The notes below the pieces were generated by a model. The model saw nothing but the letters and a program-made list of their open reading frames with translations, had not been told where the DNA came from and did not search any database. From positions 1,088,086 through 1,152,085 of the forward strand of contig NMRA01000029.1 of NCBI GenBank assembly GCA_002633005.1: 64,000 bases of DNA, written 5' to 3'. The number at the start of each line of letters is the position of its first letter. Within the stretch, counting starts at the first letter, position 1. Shown one piece after another: positions 36,512-49,648 of the stretch. Made by a program: the position numbers and the translations under genes. This DNA is from Phoronis australis. Lineage: Eukaryota > Animalia > Phoronida.

Positions 36512-37162
36512 ATCAAATCTCGGAATTCGAAATTGGTAACTTCCGCTAGAAAGTGAAGCAGTTTCTCAACGTTAGGTACTGTGGTGGAGATATTCTAATA
36601 AACGGCACCATAACGTTGCCACAAGTTTAACCCCCCGTCATAAATCGTCATCTTTTCGAAGCCATCTCCAAATCCAGTAATGGCGTAATATTTGAACGTT
36701 CCCTAAACACTTTTTGCAAGCCTGGCGGATTTAAACACCAGACTGCAAAAACAAAAATTCGTAGCAAATTGGAAATTTTATTAACTTTGTATTCATTAAT
36801 TTCTATCGCATTGCCCTCACTTGGATTCCATAGTTAAGGATGGAAGTTAGAGTCTTTCAAAAACCCACACCTTCTCATTACGTTGAAAGCAATATTCTCA
36901 TTCCCGGTTTAGAATCAGCACATCCAGGTCATTAGTATATGACCAAATTCCACTCACGCAAGGGTGTTAATAAACTTCTCGTAGTCCCCAGCTGTCACCA
37001 TAGGTGTCCTAGCTGTCTGTGTTGATATCACCGCACTTTAAAAAGTTGCTAGGTAGGCCTAAGGTTAGAGTTAGAAAAATAGTGTTTGGTCCGCTTTTTT
37101 GCAAAACTGATTTGATGATACGGTATTTTGTTAGTTGTTTACACTCTTAAAAAGAAAACGTC
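36512..37162. mobile_element. Unclassified ~650-bp insertion upstream of oxygenase copy 2
   Basis: Absent from the paralogous position 22068-22072; mosaic-looking, no clear TIR or TSD. Confidence 0.5.
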
Positions 37163-38148
37163 TTAATGCCAGCTGAAATGGACTAGAACTTATCGTGCAA
37201 TGTTTGTCTATCATATCTCGTCCAAAGTGAGGGTTAGTGATAAGGCAATTTGACCACGAAGTCACATGAGCAAGATAACGCCCCATTCTGGGAGCAAGGG
37301 GGTTGCTTTAATGTCCTAAACCATTGCATTTTGTTGAGAGTCATCGGAAAGGGGGGATGTCGGGCTCAAGAAATATCGAGCCGGAGTAATGTAGGGACGG
37401 GTGAACATTGGGAATGGAAAACAGCGGTGCTGGGAAAAATCGAGAGTAAGTAAATACCACCACTGATCTGACTGTAACAATTAAAAATATTTCAGTACAA
37501 CAGAAAAGTTTCCTTTGCAGTTAACACGGATTTTGTCATTTCAACGAAAACATTTTGCCGTATTTAGACATTTTGTACTTTATAGAAGTTATTTGTCTAG
37601 TTGTGGTGCAACAATATACCGATGTCACTCAAGTGTCAGAACTTTACGAAGGTCTATGTGGATCTTCTAGAAAGAATATAAATTTCCTTAACCGAATATG
37701 ATTCATAGATTGACAAAATTGTAAAAATATGTGACACATTCAGTGTTTTAGAGTTGAGAAGACTGAGAGACGGTAAAGTACAAAAATCACATTGATACAT
37801 AGTTTTATTGAAAAAAATGAAAAGCGTGCTCTCATTGTTGGATGCAGTGAAAGTCAGATCAGTAACGACCATTTAGCAATATAGAGTTTGACATTTACTT
37901 CAAGTCACAAAACCGTTGTGTAAAAATACGGCAACTGATTGACTGAAGAGGCAGCATACAGCACCAATTCTTGTTCATCACTTAAACATTATAGGAGGGC
38001 ATATTTTTCTCGAAAATAAACAGCTGATGTGGGACTTTTTAAATAACAATCCTTATGATAAATCTTGACACTTGGGAGAATTGAAGTTGCCCCCCCGACA
38101 TAGTCACGGGACGAAAAAACTGGAGCTACGATACGTGAACCAGATGCG

Positions 38149-41100
38149 ATGTTCAATAATAAAATGAATCGCCTTCTGAGTGCGGGTCTTCTTCGCTCTT
38201 TGACAACCAGATTTTCAGTGTTTCAGGCAGAGAATGATGTGCAACGAATCAGATGGATTCCTTTCAGCACATCTATGAATGGGATGAACACAGCCCAACG
38301 ACACGAGTGGATAGCCACTGTGAAAGGGGAAGTCAACCGATTTGACCCCAGTGTACCCATAGAATCGGCCATTACACCGCCGGCATCATGGTAAGTTGGT
38401 TCACACGAACGTAAAGCAAGAGTCGTGGTTATCAAAATGATGGAGAAGAAACCAAAGCTTTGGGCACCTCTTCTTCTTCATCGAATACCCCCTGAAATAG
38501 TGTTGGTGGTTCTCAGAATATGCGGAGGAATTCCTACTAACTACTGCTTTGATGATTTCAACCAATCCCAGTTGTGTCACCTGCTAATGCATCACTGACG
38601 TCGATCTTGAAAGAGAAAAGCAGGAATCAACTAAAAATTCATACCTCACATGTCACAGATTGGCTAACTCTTGCTGCCTGGGTGGTCTTTCCCCACATGT
38701 GCCGGTGTTACCCTCTAAAAGTGTAGTTCACAAGCTTGACGATTTAACAGATTTTAAAATAAGTTGTCAAAATTTCCTTCAAACTTTTGAGGATTGTAGA
38801 GGGTTACAGAGCATTATTTTGTTTCAGAGAATTGGACCGGGAGGGAGGGGGGGGGGGGTTCCGAGGGGAGTTGTAGCCCTCTCTAATTACCTAAGTAAAT
38901 GTTTGTAACTGCGGTGCGTGTATCACGTGACTAGTGATAAACGCAGGATCGTTTAGCATACAAAATAATGAATATTTCAACATTGTAGGTACATTAATCC
39001 CAGCTTTCTTGAACTCGAAATGGAGACAGTCTTTAGAAATAATTGGATTGCCGTGGGACACGTTGGACAAGTTGCACGCAAGGGACAATTTATTACAGGT
39101 TTGTAGTCCATGACATGACAGTGATTCAGTGAGATGCTCAAAACTCACTAGCCACAATTCAGAAACATTATTCCCACAAGCTAGGGGCGTGTTCGGTAAA
39201 CACAAGATCCTCGCGCCGAGAAATCTTCATTTACGATTTTTCACTCATAATTCAAAATTCCAGCATCACCGAGCGCTCATTTTAGCTGCGGACATTTTGC
39301 AGGTATGTATGTGTGCATCAGTCCATACTATACATCAGAATATCTAACCATCGTTACGTAACATAAATTACAGTAATCTCTACAACTTTCGAGATTTTCA
39401 AAAACAAGATGTTAAATACAATCATCTAAGGTTCAACATTTAACGAGAGTGGTCTCCGTCATTTAGAATCAATAAGGAATTTTGTAATATTAATTTTTAT
39501 ACGTTGTCTCGTGATTTCATGATCTTCTGTAGCATTTTTAAGGCAAGCAACAGGGAGATTAAATTTATGTCTCTGATCAACAACGTAAAGCAGGCACACG
39601 AACCAAAGTGACATTCGTCCTCAATTTTCTCCATTTCTTAGCATGCGCGTAATTCCTTCCTAACGGCTACACTAAGGTAACGTCTGGTCTTAACCATCAG
39701 GCTTGAACCTGGAAAACATACCAAATGTGCTCTGCGTTCATTTCCAAGCAGCTAACGTAGTCCTCTCGCACAGGGTTCGATTTTTGACAATCTATAACAT
39801 AGCTTGATGTAACACTGTCTTCCAAGATTTAGCTCTCAATAACTGTACACTGTGGTCTGAAGACAAACATGAAGACAATCCATCACCACCCCCCTAGGAA
39901 CACCATACCATATCATAACTATAGGCAAAAAGCACAGTAATTTATGTCTCTGATCAACAACGTAAAGCAGGCATTGAGCACCACCTCGGGCAGAAATATA
40001 TAAACCCTCACACTTTTCAAGGTTTAATTGTAAGCCAGAAATATTTCCAAATAGTTTTAAAAATTAAAAGTATACTTTTCCGGAATTCTAGTCTTGAATG
40101 AATAAAATGGTGTCATCCGCATACTGAGTTATTTTGATTTCATTATTGTAAATTTTTTAAACCATGGAAATAGTTATTCTTTCTAATGAAATGTGACATA
40201 AGTTCTGCACATAACACAAAAAGGGGACTTGACAAAGTATCACCCTGTCGTAAGCCTCTTTCAATGTCAAAGTACCGAGTGTTGAATCCGTTATTTAACA
40301 CACATGATGAGATTTTATTATACAATTTTTTTATTTTTACCCCTTGTCCAAAATTGAAGGCTTTTAAAGTTTTGAACAAGTAATCTAAATTTAAGGTGTC
40401 GCATGTTTTCTTGAAATCCAGGAATATAACTTGGCCATCAAGTTTATTTTGTTTGTAATATTTCATCAAATCTTTAACTAATCGAATAATTTGGCCAATA
40501 AACCTTTTAGGTAATGACATCTGATCGAGGTGAATCAATTTGTCCATGTACTTATAAATTCTATTTGTAATGTTCTTTGCGATCAATTTGTAGTCACAAT
40601 TTAGGAGGGAGATTGGCCTCCAGTTATCTAACAACAGAAGTTCCTCATTGTTTTTGCTTTCGGGTATAAGAGTTATGACACTTTGTCGCTGTGACGTAGA
40701 CAATTCGCCCATCTGGAAACTAAAATTAAAACTCTCTATTAATTCATATTTAATTAAACCCCAAAATGTTTTATAAACTCACATGAAATTCCGTTATTAC
40801 CCGGTGTTTTGTTGGATTTTCTTTCTTGGAGAGCCTCGAATATTTTGTCTTCAGTAAAGTCTTGATCAAGTTCCAGAGACACTTCTTCATAAAGTTGTTT
40901 ATTTTTGTGAGTGTAAATAATGTTGGGAGAGATCCACAATTATTTTCTTTTTTGGAATACAGATTTTTATAATACTGGGTTTGTAACTCTCTTACTTCAG
41001 TAGGAGATGTAACAGTTTGGTTGCCATCTTTTAATGAAAGGATATGTCTTTGGACACAATTCCTTACTTTGAGGTTTCTAAAATATTGGAAATTTTCCCC

Positions 41101-42266
41101 TTCCTCTGCCCATTAAACTTAATTGAAGTTCCGTTTTTTCCTTGTTCAAGGCCGCTATTTTAGCTTCTTGGTCAGCCGGGTTACATTCGATTTGACAAGT
41201 CAGTATACTTATTTTATCAATGAGATGGAAATGTTCATCTTTTCTTTTTGTACATTTTGTTTTAGCGTAATTGATAGACGCTTTTTTGATTTCCATTTTG
41301 ATTAAATCCCAAACAAGATTTTTATTTTCGATGTCGGCATACATTCCTCTGCAAGCGGCAACACAATCAGTAGGTTCATCAAGATAACTATTATTACATT
41401 TCCATAATCCCGGACCACGTCTTTCATGTTTGGAAATTTCAATAGTCAATACTACGGCTGAGTGGTCAGAGAATACAAAGTCGTTAATAATGTCAACCTG
41501 TTTTTTTTAAGAACGTTCTGTGAACCAGCCAATAGTCGATTCTACTTTGACATGCCATTTGCTTGTCACGCCACGTGTACTTCCTTATACCAAGATTTTC
41601 CCTCCATACATCGAAGATCTTGTTGATACATACAAATCTTTTGATTTTTTGAATTTTATAGAAAAGTCAAGTTTACTTATTTCGTCCAATTCTGACAATG
41701 GACAATTGAAATCACCTGCGCATAGAATAGTAATATCATGAGCATATTTGAGTACTACATTGCCCAAATTTTCTACGAAATCAAGTTGTTTTCTCATTTC
41801 GTTTGGGAAATACACATTAAGCAAGGTAACGTGTTCATGCAACATTTTACAATAAATCAAATTATACCTCCCGTCTGTGGCGTTTATAGTTGAAATAATT
41901 TCAAAATCCAACTGTGGGTGCATTAAATAGCACTACCCTTGCTATGATTTGTCCCATGACTTGCAATAATGGTTCCGCCCCATTCGCATTCCCACTTTGC
42001 AATAGATACCGCGGTACCGTACAGCATGTCTCTTGTAAATATATTACATCATATCTCTTTAATTTCAACCATTTAAAAAGTTGTATACGTTTTGTTACTG
42101 AATTTATACCCCGGACAGTTAGGGATATGAAATTGATGCTAACCATCGCAATATTCCAGAGAGGTATGGACGCATGCCTGAAATATAGAGTCCAAGTAAT
42201 GCTCTAAGTAACTAATCAGAAGCATATGTATGAGTATGTTAACACATCTGTAACGTAAAAATCCAC

Positions 42267-42307
<41 letters not shown>

Positions 42308-44646
42308 TACGCGCACGCACACACAGAAGGGGAAGGGGGCCACAAAGACATAAAGCATACATAACGGAAAGTCTTTGTCACCAGCCAATAGTCATTACGC
42401 ATGGGGTTCTGAATGCAAGTGCACAACTTCAGTGTATGTTTTGAGCTTCACCTTGAAACTAGACATCATCACTGTCTGTTACCAATTTAACTGTATTGTC
42501 CTTAAGCAGGGCGAAGATTCTCCCGTCTTTCGACCACGCACTTTTTACATTTGATTTCTTGAACGTTGAACTCATGAGACGATAATTTTCCGCTGTGAGG
42601 TCTTCAGGCAGAAAAAAACTGAGTGTTCTTAAGCCTTTTCTTCTGCGAAAATACAGCATGGCGATCTTCTTGCACTTTCACCAATGGGCCTACTCACTCT
42701 GTGGGCTCTGTCTATGTTATTGAGATAGATGTTTACATTGAGTTTTTCTTGGCAAAACTTCTGAACGATCATATCACAATTTTCAGTCGTTCCTTCTTCC
42801 ACGCCGTAAATGCGGATTGAATTCTTTCGCGAGTATTGCTCTAAATCATTTACATTAGATTTTAAGGCACGATTTTCAGCTTTCACCGACTCTAGTTCGT
42901 TTTTCATTTCATGCAGTTCTTCTCTAATAACACACTGAGCGACAATATAATCCTATCCCCCATGGCTTTCAACTTCTTTTCAAGGACAGCAATATTTACT
43001 TCAGTTCGAAAACCCTTTTCAAAGACAGATTAGTAAGTTATGACTGGCGAGATGACAAGGGTCTTCAACCAGACAATGTCGGTTCCAACAGGGACCCAAA
43101 TTATCTGCCTCATATAGCAGAATGGGCCGGAACAATTTTTAAAATCAAATATTTTAAGCCATATTGTTACGTAACGGGGACATCAATAAATTTTACACGT
43201 ATAAATAACCCTTTTGATGCTTGTTCGGACTGACAGTTTTGGGCAGATTTCAGATACCTTTTGTTGTGAATTTAACCTATGCTCAAGTGTCACGTTTAAA
43301 GGGCTTCCATCGAAATAGCACTTCTCGTAATTTCTTAAATTTCCACTGTTTCAAAACACCGTAAGTTTGATTTTTGATATGTTTACACTAAGTTGGTCGT
43401 TTGTACAATTAACTTCCAAGTAAATAATCGGCCTTTGTAAATGTGTGATTTCGAAATATGAGTTTATAATCTGTCAAAATGATAAAATAATGAAAATTAT
43501 TTACACCAAGACATTGACCGGTGATTAGTTTATAAATTCATAATGCGTCCAAATCACGTAGTAATGCTTCTAATCGTCCAAACTCACGTTTTGCACTGAA
43601 CATTGACACAGTTTGAGTTTTTAATTCAACAGAACATCGATGCCTGACAAAATAACTCAACTCTTTTACGAGTTCATTCCCTTTTGCAAATCCTTTCTTT
43701 ACAAAAAATCAAAATATTGTTTATCGTTTAAGGTACAATCGGGAAGGAACCTTATATCGTTACTCGAGACCAGAATGACGACTTACAGGCATTTTTTAAC
43801 GTTTGCCGACATCATGCTTCTGTGATTTTAGAAGAAGAGTGCGGCGAAGCGTCGCAGTTCGTCTGCCGTTACCACGGTTGGACGTATGCCCTTGACGGTC
43901 GGTTAGCTAAGGCCAAGCGTCTGAAGAACATTCGGGACTTCAAGCCGCGGGACTACGGGCTGAAAAAAATAGCTGTGCAGACGTTTGGTCCAGTAATATT
44001 TTTGAAACTAAACGAGAAGGTAGACGTAAATTTGTCGAGTGAACTGGAAGAATTGAAGGCTTCACTGGATGAAGCAGGCTCTGAGAATAGTCTCCGTTGG
44101 GTGAAACGTGCCGAATTTGACTTGGACTGCAATTGGAAAGTGCTGGTTGACAATTTTCTCGATGGCGGGTATCATATTGAAGAGTGCCACCCTAAACTGG
44201 ATTCCATTCTCGTCAGCAATTCATACAAAACTACTTGCAGTGGCCTTTTCTCCATTCAAAGCAGCATGGGAACAGGCGAACGACACGGAAACAACGCCAT
44301 TTACGCTCACATTTATCCCAACTGCATGATCAATCGCTACGGCGACTGGATGGACACGAATTACATATTTCCAGTGGGTCAGGAAAAGTGTCGAGTGGTC
44401 TACGATTGGTTTCTGTCTGAAAGAGTCTTCTCTGAGTTATCAGAAGAAGAGGTCGAAGAGAAAATTAAGAGCGACTTAGAAAACAGCTGCTTAGTGCAAA
44501 TTGAAGACAATGAAATTTGTGCTCGAGTTCAGAAGGGTCTTTACTCCAGATCTTACCAATATGGACGATACGCGCCTTTAGTTGAGATGGCGCAACATGA
44601 GTTTCATCGAAAACTGTATTCGGATTACGGACTGGAACTTGATTGA
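38149..44646 (+). CDS. Choline monooxygenase-like Rieske [2Fe-2S] non-heme iron oxygenase, copy 2 (3 exons, 421 aa)
   Basis: Exons 38149-38390, 38989-39098, 43733-44646; same exon sizes (242/110/914) and all metal ligands intact. Confidence 0.9.
39975..43085 (-). mobile_element. L1/Tx1-clade LINE remnant (ORF1, endonuclease, partial reverse transcriptase), pseudogenised, antisense in intron 2 of oxygenase copy 2
   Basis: ORF1 NDLEQYSRKNSIRIYGV / AWSKDGRIF (42459-42907). APE endonuclease SLTVRGIN, LQET, LLNVYFPN, GDFN, SDHS. RT NWRPISLLNCDYK, LDFKKT, RGLRQGDTLS, QYADD (~40113-40127). Multiple frameshifts. Confidence 0.92.
42269..42324. repeat. (CA)n microsatellite in the LINE inter-ORF spacer
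   Basis: Direct reading. Confidence 0.9.
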
Positions 44647-45310
44647 AATAGATAATATATTACAGACCTTTTCCTAAAATACGTGTAAAGCTGTGCGCTC
44701 GATTGTTCATACAGGTGAAACGGAAGTATTTTAAATACAAAATAATTTTGTGCAATTTTCTTACTTTTAAAGAGCTCTTATTTGCAACTTTCTCTTTCGC
44801 TCAGTCTCCCAACAAATACACAGGCCTTGGGTGGGAAACTCTATGGAAACCTCATCAGTTGGATAGTATTCAAGGACCACTGTTGGCATTAACGAATTTT
44901 TATCCAGTAACGTTTTCTTGATAAACTGTAAACATGACCGAGGCTGCAGCACCACAAAGAGCAAAAACACGCTTGGCATATTTCGCTTACTCCTTCAAAG
45001 GTGTTTCGCATCTTTGTAATCGCTTTTCAAGAAATGGTATTTAAGGACTACGCAAGACTGCTTTATGGTAATCATCTCATCAAATGCAAAGAAAAAATCC
45101 CATTAATGCGTAGCTGTGTATTGACATGTCTGTGACGACGGCACACGGAGTCTCTGGACAAATTCTGGATCCGCACCTGTCCAGACGCTCAATAGCCTGT
45201 TCAAAGTCTTCGTCAGTAAGGATAACAAAGGATAGCCAACGATCTCAATGCAAATCACTTAACTAGTTAACGAGATGATCGAAAGAAATTGTGCCACTGG
45301 CCGAACTTAA

Positions 45311-46778
45311 AAGAGAATGCCACGCGATTTAATTAGTCTTTTTTTACCGACGTAATCGGTTCATATCCACATTACCTCGTATACAGTCGACCTTACCTCT
45401 CCGAGAGGTGTCGCGGTAACCTGTGAGGAAGGTACGTAAACGACGCAGCGACGTCAGTGGTTCTTCTGCAGAGTGAGTGCCGCTATGATGTGTTGTATCG
45501 TTCCCGCTTGTCCGAACTATGAAGATGCGAGAGAAGCGTGTATATCGTTTTTTCGATTCCCTCGAGAGCCCAAAATTATTCGGAAGTGGCTTGTGGCAGT
45601 GAAGAAAGAAACATACGCCGTTAATGCCAAGTATGAGGCCGTGAAACATCTCCGTGTCTCTGGCCGGCATTTCGTCGACAGTGAGTCCACTGAGGAATGC
45701 CGGCTTACCAAAAAGCTCATGCCATGCAGGGCAGAAAGAGACTGAGGAGCACTCGTCTAAGTCGGGATTGCAAGTTACCATATGTTGACGTTTATTATTA
45801 TTTGTTCTGTTTCAACATGAATTATTCTCACCATAACCAATATTAAAACTGAAACGAAGTGTCAAAGTTTGTCTCATTAGATAAAATATGTAATGCCTTT
45901 GTAGTGTTCGTGAGTGCAAATGTTTTGAAAAGCCAACAATGAATAAATCACTGCATACCGGCTTTAGATGAAATAACTCTCCGGGCACCGAGGCCGTGTG
46001 AGCGCATGCTAATTCAGTGTTGCTGACAGATAGCTGTTGTGAAACAATAACTCGATTTTATAGTGGTCAGATGTTAGCGAAATCTTTATTTAGTCTACAT
46101 ATACTTCATTCGAATCACTGTTACTGTACAACTTTTGCCCTGACGGTTCTGTGGAAGGGGAACCTTACTTCGCAGCCCCCGACGAGTAAGTAGATTTGCA
46201 GTTTCTAGGCTAATTCACCAACATAATCAGGTTACTAATTGGCTCACTAGTATAGTATTTTTGTGACTGGAAGTTTAGTTAACAACTTTGGCTGGTTTAT
46301 GTGCGTGATGTCTTCAGTCCGACGGGCATAATCGGGTTCCGAGCCACTGGCCGGGATAACAAACGTTTTGTGTGTTTAGAACTGAAAAATCGCAAGTCTA
46401 AAATTACAACACACAGCCATGTTCTCTTGTCTATATTTAACAGAAGAATAAATCGAATTTATCACCGAAGAGACCCCCCAAAGTCCCTCGACCGACGTTG
46501 GTAAATAGGCCTACCGAACTTTGTATGCGAAATAAAACAACACGTTTGTTCAAGAACTCGATGTGTTATTGGTGTAAAACGATGAATTCAAGCTAAGACC
46601 AATAAGCGTGTTGTGAACTGCTAGTCAGGCTGCGTTCGAACCTGTGACGTAATTAGTTAGCTTCAACACCTCCGTCTGCCGTCAGGTGTCAGCTAAAAGA
46701 ACTGAACTTGTTGTTATCGACTGGAACTACTCGATCTAAACTGATACAAAATACATTGTTTTTAAGTGGCATTCTCCT
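45311..46778 (+). mobile_element. Diverged, inverted copy of the Kolobok-type element with THAP ORF (45473-45745)
   Basis: Termini ttaa-aagagaatgccac ... gtggcattctcct. ORF MCCIVPACPN...FFRFPREP...W...RVSGRHF is THAP-like with the third Cys lost. Interior is the reverse complement of 3194-4581. Confidence 0.8.
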
Positions 46779-49648
46779 ATGTAGGTAGAGAACCATTCGT
46801 ACAGATTGGAGAAAATTGTTCTTGATTTTGAAATTTGTTGAAACTGAAACAAATTTCGCCTCCATTCTTACATTATTTCACGACAGTTTGATTTCAAGAA
46901 GTGGTCATTTTGCGACTTTTTATTTGGGGTGTTATTTTTATTATTTTTTAGTTGTCTGATTTTCACATTACAATCCTTATGGATAATGACAAGCGATCCA
47001 ACAAAATTTTGGAAATTGTCTTAAGACTGTATGTGGCATGAGGTTGTTTCTTATTTATGTTTAAGGGAAATGGTAAAGGAAATTACTTTTTTAAGTTACA
47101 TTCAGAGCATTACTCGTGAACGTCCTGTAGTAGAAAAGAAACGACAAACAGACATGACGCAGTCCACGTAAACCATAGAACACATAAATAGCATAAACAA
47201 TAAACTGAAATTTGGGTTGGATGCCAAAGCGTTTACAAAACCAAGAATACAATATTCGGGAACCAAGCTTCTCAAACCGCGAACGTTCCTGGGTTCACTA
47301 CACGTGGCTCATTGGACCACAGCTCAGGGGGCACAGAAGTTCTCACTGGGTTTTGCCCAGCAAAACACACGTCACTGGATTTGTCACATTTTCATCACTC
47401 TGCCGAAAACAGGACGCAAAGAATGACATGTTTTTAGTTATTTCACATAAAAAGCCCTACAGATGAGCACAGAAACTTAATTGTGTCTCGTACTTTTGGC
47501 CCTTTCACTCTCACTGAAAAGCAAGGTAGGCTAAGAAAAATGGGGCAAAAAGCACAAAATCGGCACTTGTCACCCCAAAAACACCATTACCCTGCCGACG
47601 CACGACTAAAGCTAACATAAGATTCTGAAAGCAAAATTTCCTACCGATTCCGAAAACGTAGTCCAAAAGTACCGTCAACCAATTATTTTTTTTAGGAATT
47701 CTGGCTTGTTTGAGGGCTACCTGAAATCGCAGCCAATTTCTCAATCGCTACCTAGCAATGCACAATTAAAACCGGGGGCCGCCATCTTGAAGAAGAGTGC
47801 AGCTACAGCCGAACAAATGGTCGTTTTTCATTCTCAACATGTTCACAAACACAAACAAACCACATTCACTGAGCCTACATGCAATGCCTACCTAAAAATG
47901 CCCCCAAGCTTGGCCTACCCCTAAATTTTAATATTTTGGGAGTGCAAGTTGGCCGTGGCAGCAGCCCAACTGTTCAGTGCCACCTCAGGACAACGGAAGA
48001 CCTCCGGTTGTTCCTAAGGTATTAACTCAGCCGCGTCATTACTCTATTCCACACATTCCAGACCTCAATCATATCATGCATCTTGGTAATTCGAACACAA
48101 TTTACTGTACACGGTTAATATTGGCAACAAAATCTAAGTACACAGTACACTAACTTTTGAACTACCAGTCTTACTTAGAACTTATAATCTGACCGACTAC
48201 ACCCTGGTTGTCCCGCAACTCAGTGAATACACTCTGAAAGGAGAACTTCCGTCTTTTAAAACACCTTTAACTATGCTCGTGCCTTTCATTTCCAGTAAAA
48301 GAAAGTTTTCTACAATAATAAAACTAATTGAAAAAACAATTCATTGGCCCGGAAGAGTGACACAGCGAACAATTTAAGAAAATGACAGCTGGGCTGCATT
48401 ACGTAAACGCAAGGAACAAGCGAAAAATCAAGATCATGCAAGTCCACGCGATATCGACATGCATTTTAAAGAAAGCACGCGAGTACTTTAGCTTTTCTAC
48501 GGAACACAGTCGCTTTTTCGTTGCGATATCTGCGTACTTTCTAACAACGAACAAAGAAATCACATTTACAGTGTATTTTGATTAAGGATCATTTTGGGAC
48601 CAACTTCATGACGGTAAGTGACCTAAATCAAACATTGATTTTGGAACCCTGGGGGGTTCTCGCCAAAAATCGCAAGAAACTACCGCAGTCTCGATGCAAT
48701 CATGAAAAATGGGGTTTCGTTTTCTTAAAAATCCCCCAGTTTCAGTGTTGGGCAAATTATTTAGCCCCACATGTTACTACAAACAATACGACGTATGATA
48801 TGCACAAACGGTCAACAATGTTAATGTTAAGAACATTTATAAATCTCCAAATACACGAATTTTCGAAAGCTTGACAACATCAGGCACGGAGGTCTTTACA
48901 AAAATAACAGTCAAACCGCATCTTCGTCGTTGTAACCAAAGTTTGCTCCAACTAAATCAACCTGCACACAACACAGCTGTCTTGGGACTTGAAGAATCAT
49001 AGATCACAGACAACAGATTCGCAATTCGGATATAGTCATAACAATTTCCAGAAGAGGCACCACTTGCCAATTAGTGAGCAAACAACTTGGTTACTTGTCG
49101 GAAGTAAAACCGTAATTCATGCAAGGCGCACTTACTGAATACACGGCCACTCGCAACGGTTGCGCCTTGTACGTACCAGCACAGATATTGTCCATTGAGA
49201 ACATACAGAGTTCGCAGTCCACGTACTTAGTCAATGGTGGAATGCAGCGTTCCGTGCGAGTTAACGTTACAAACCCGGGTAGTGTTCCGTAGACCAACTT
49301 CCATGCAAGAAAAACGAGATCACGCATGATCACGCAATCGAAAGGCGAGCGTTTCGCAAACATGCCAGAGACATGTAACATGATTTAGCAAAAATTGTTA
49401 CTACGTAAGCACTGGCGCAATGGCTAATGCTTTGAGTCTACGAAACGCATCAGCCGTTGGTCGTAACAGGAAGGAATGCTGATAATCACAAAAACGATCA
49501 CTAATACGTCTAGGCATCTTGTAACTGCTGTCCACAACTAGTTCACCAGATTGCATTATAATGCGAAGGAGTATTATAAATACAAAATATTTTATTTAAT
49601 TAGAACAGTGACAAATTTGACGCTGCCTCTGGTGAAGATTTATGCCTC

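Larger units (their letters stand above)
35412..45054 (+). repeat. Segmental tandem duplication, unit 2
   Basis: Colinear with 20935-30396 except for unit-specific insertions. Confidence 0.88.

Noticed and set aside
45473-45745. Host THAP-domain gene
   Set aside because: Lies inside a TIR-bounded element with degenerate copies elsewhere; one zinc-binding Cys is lost.
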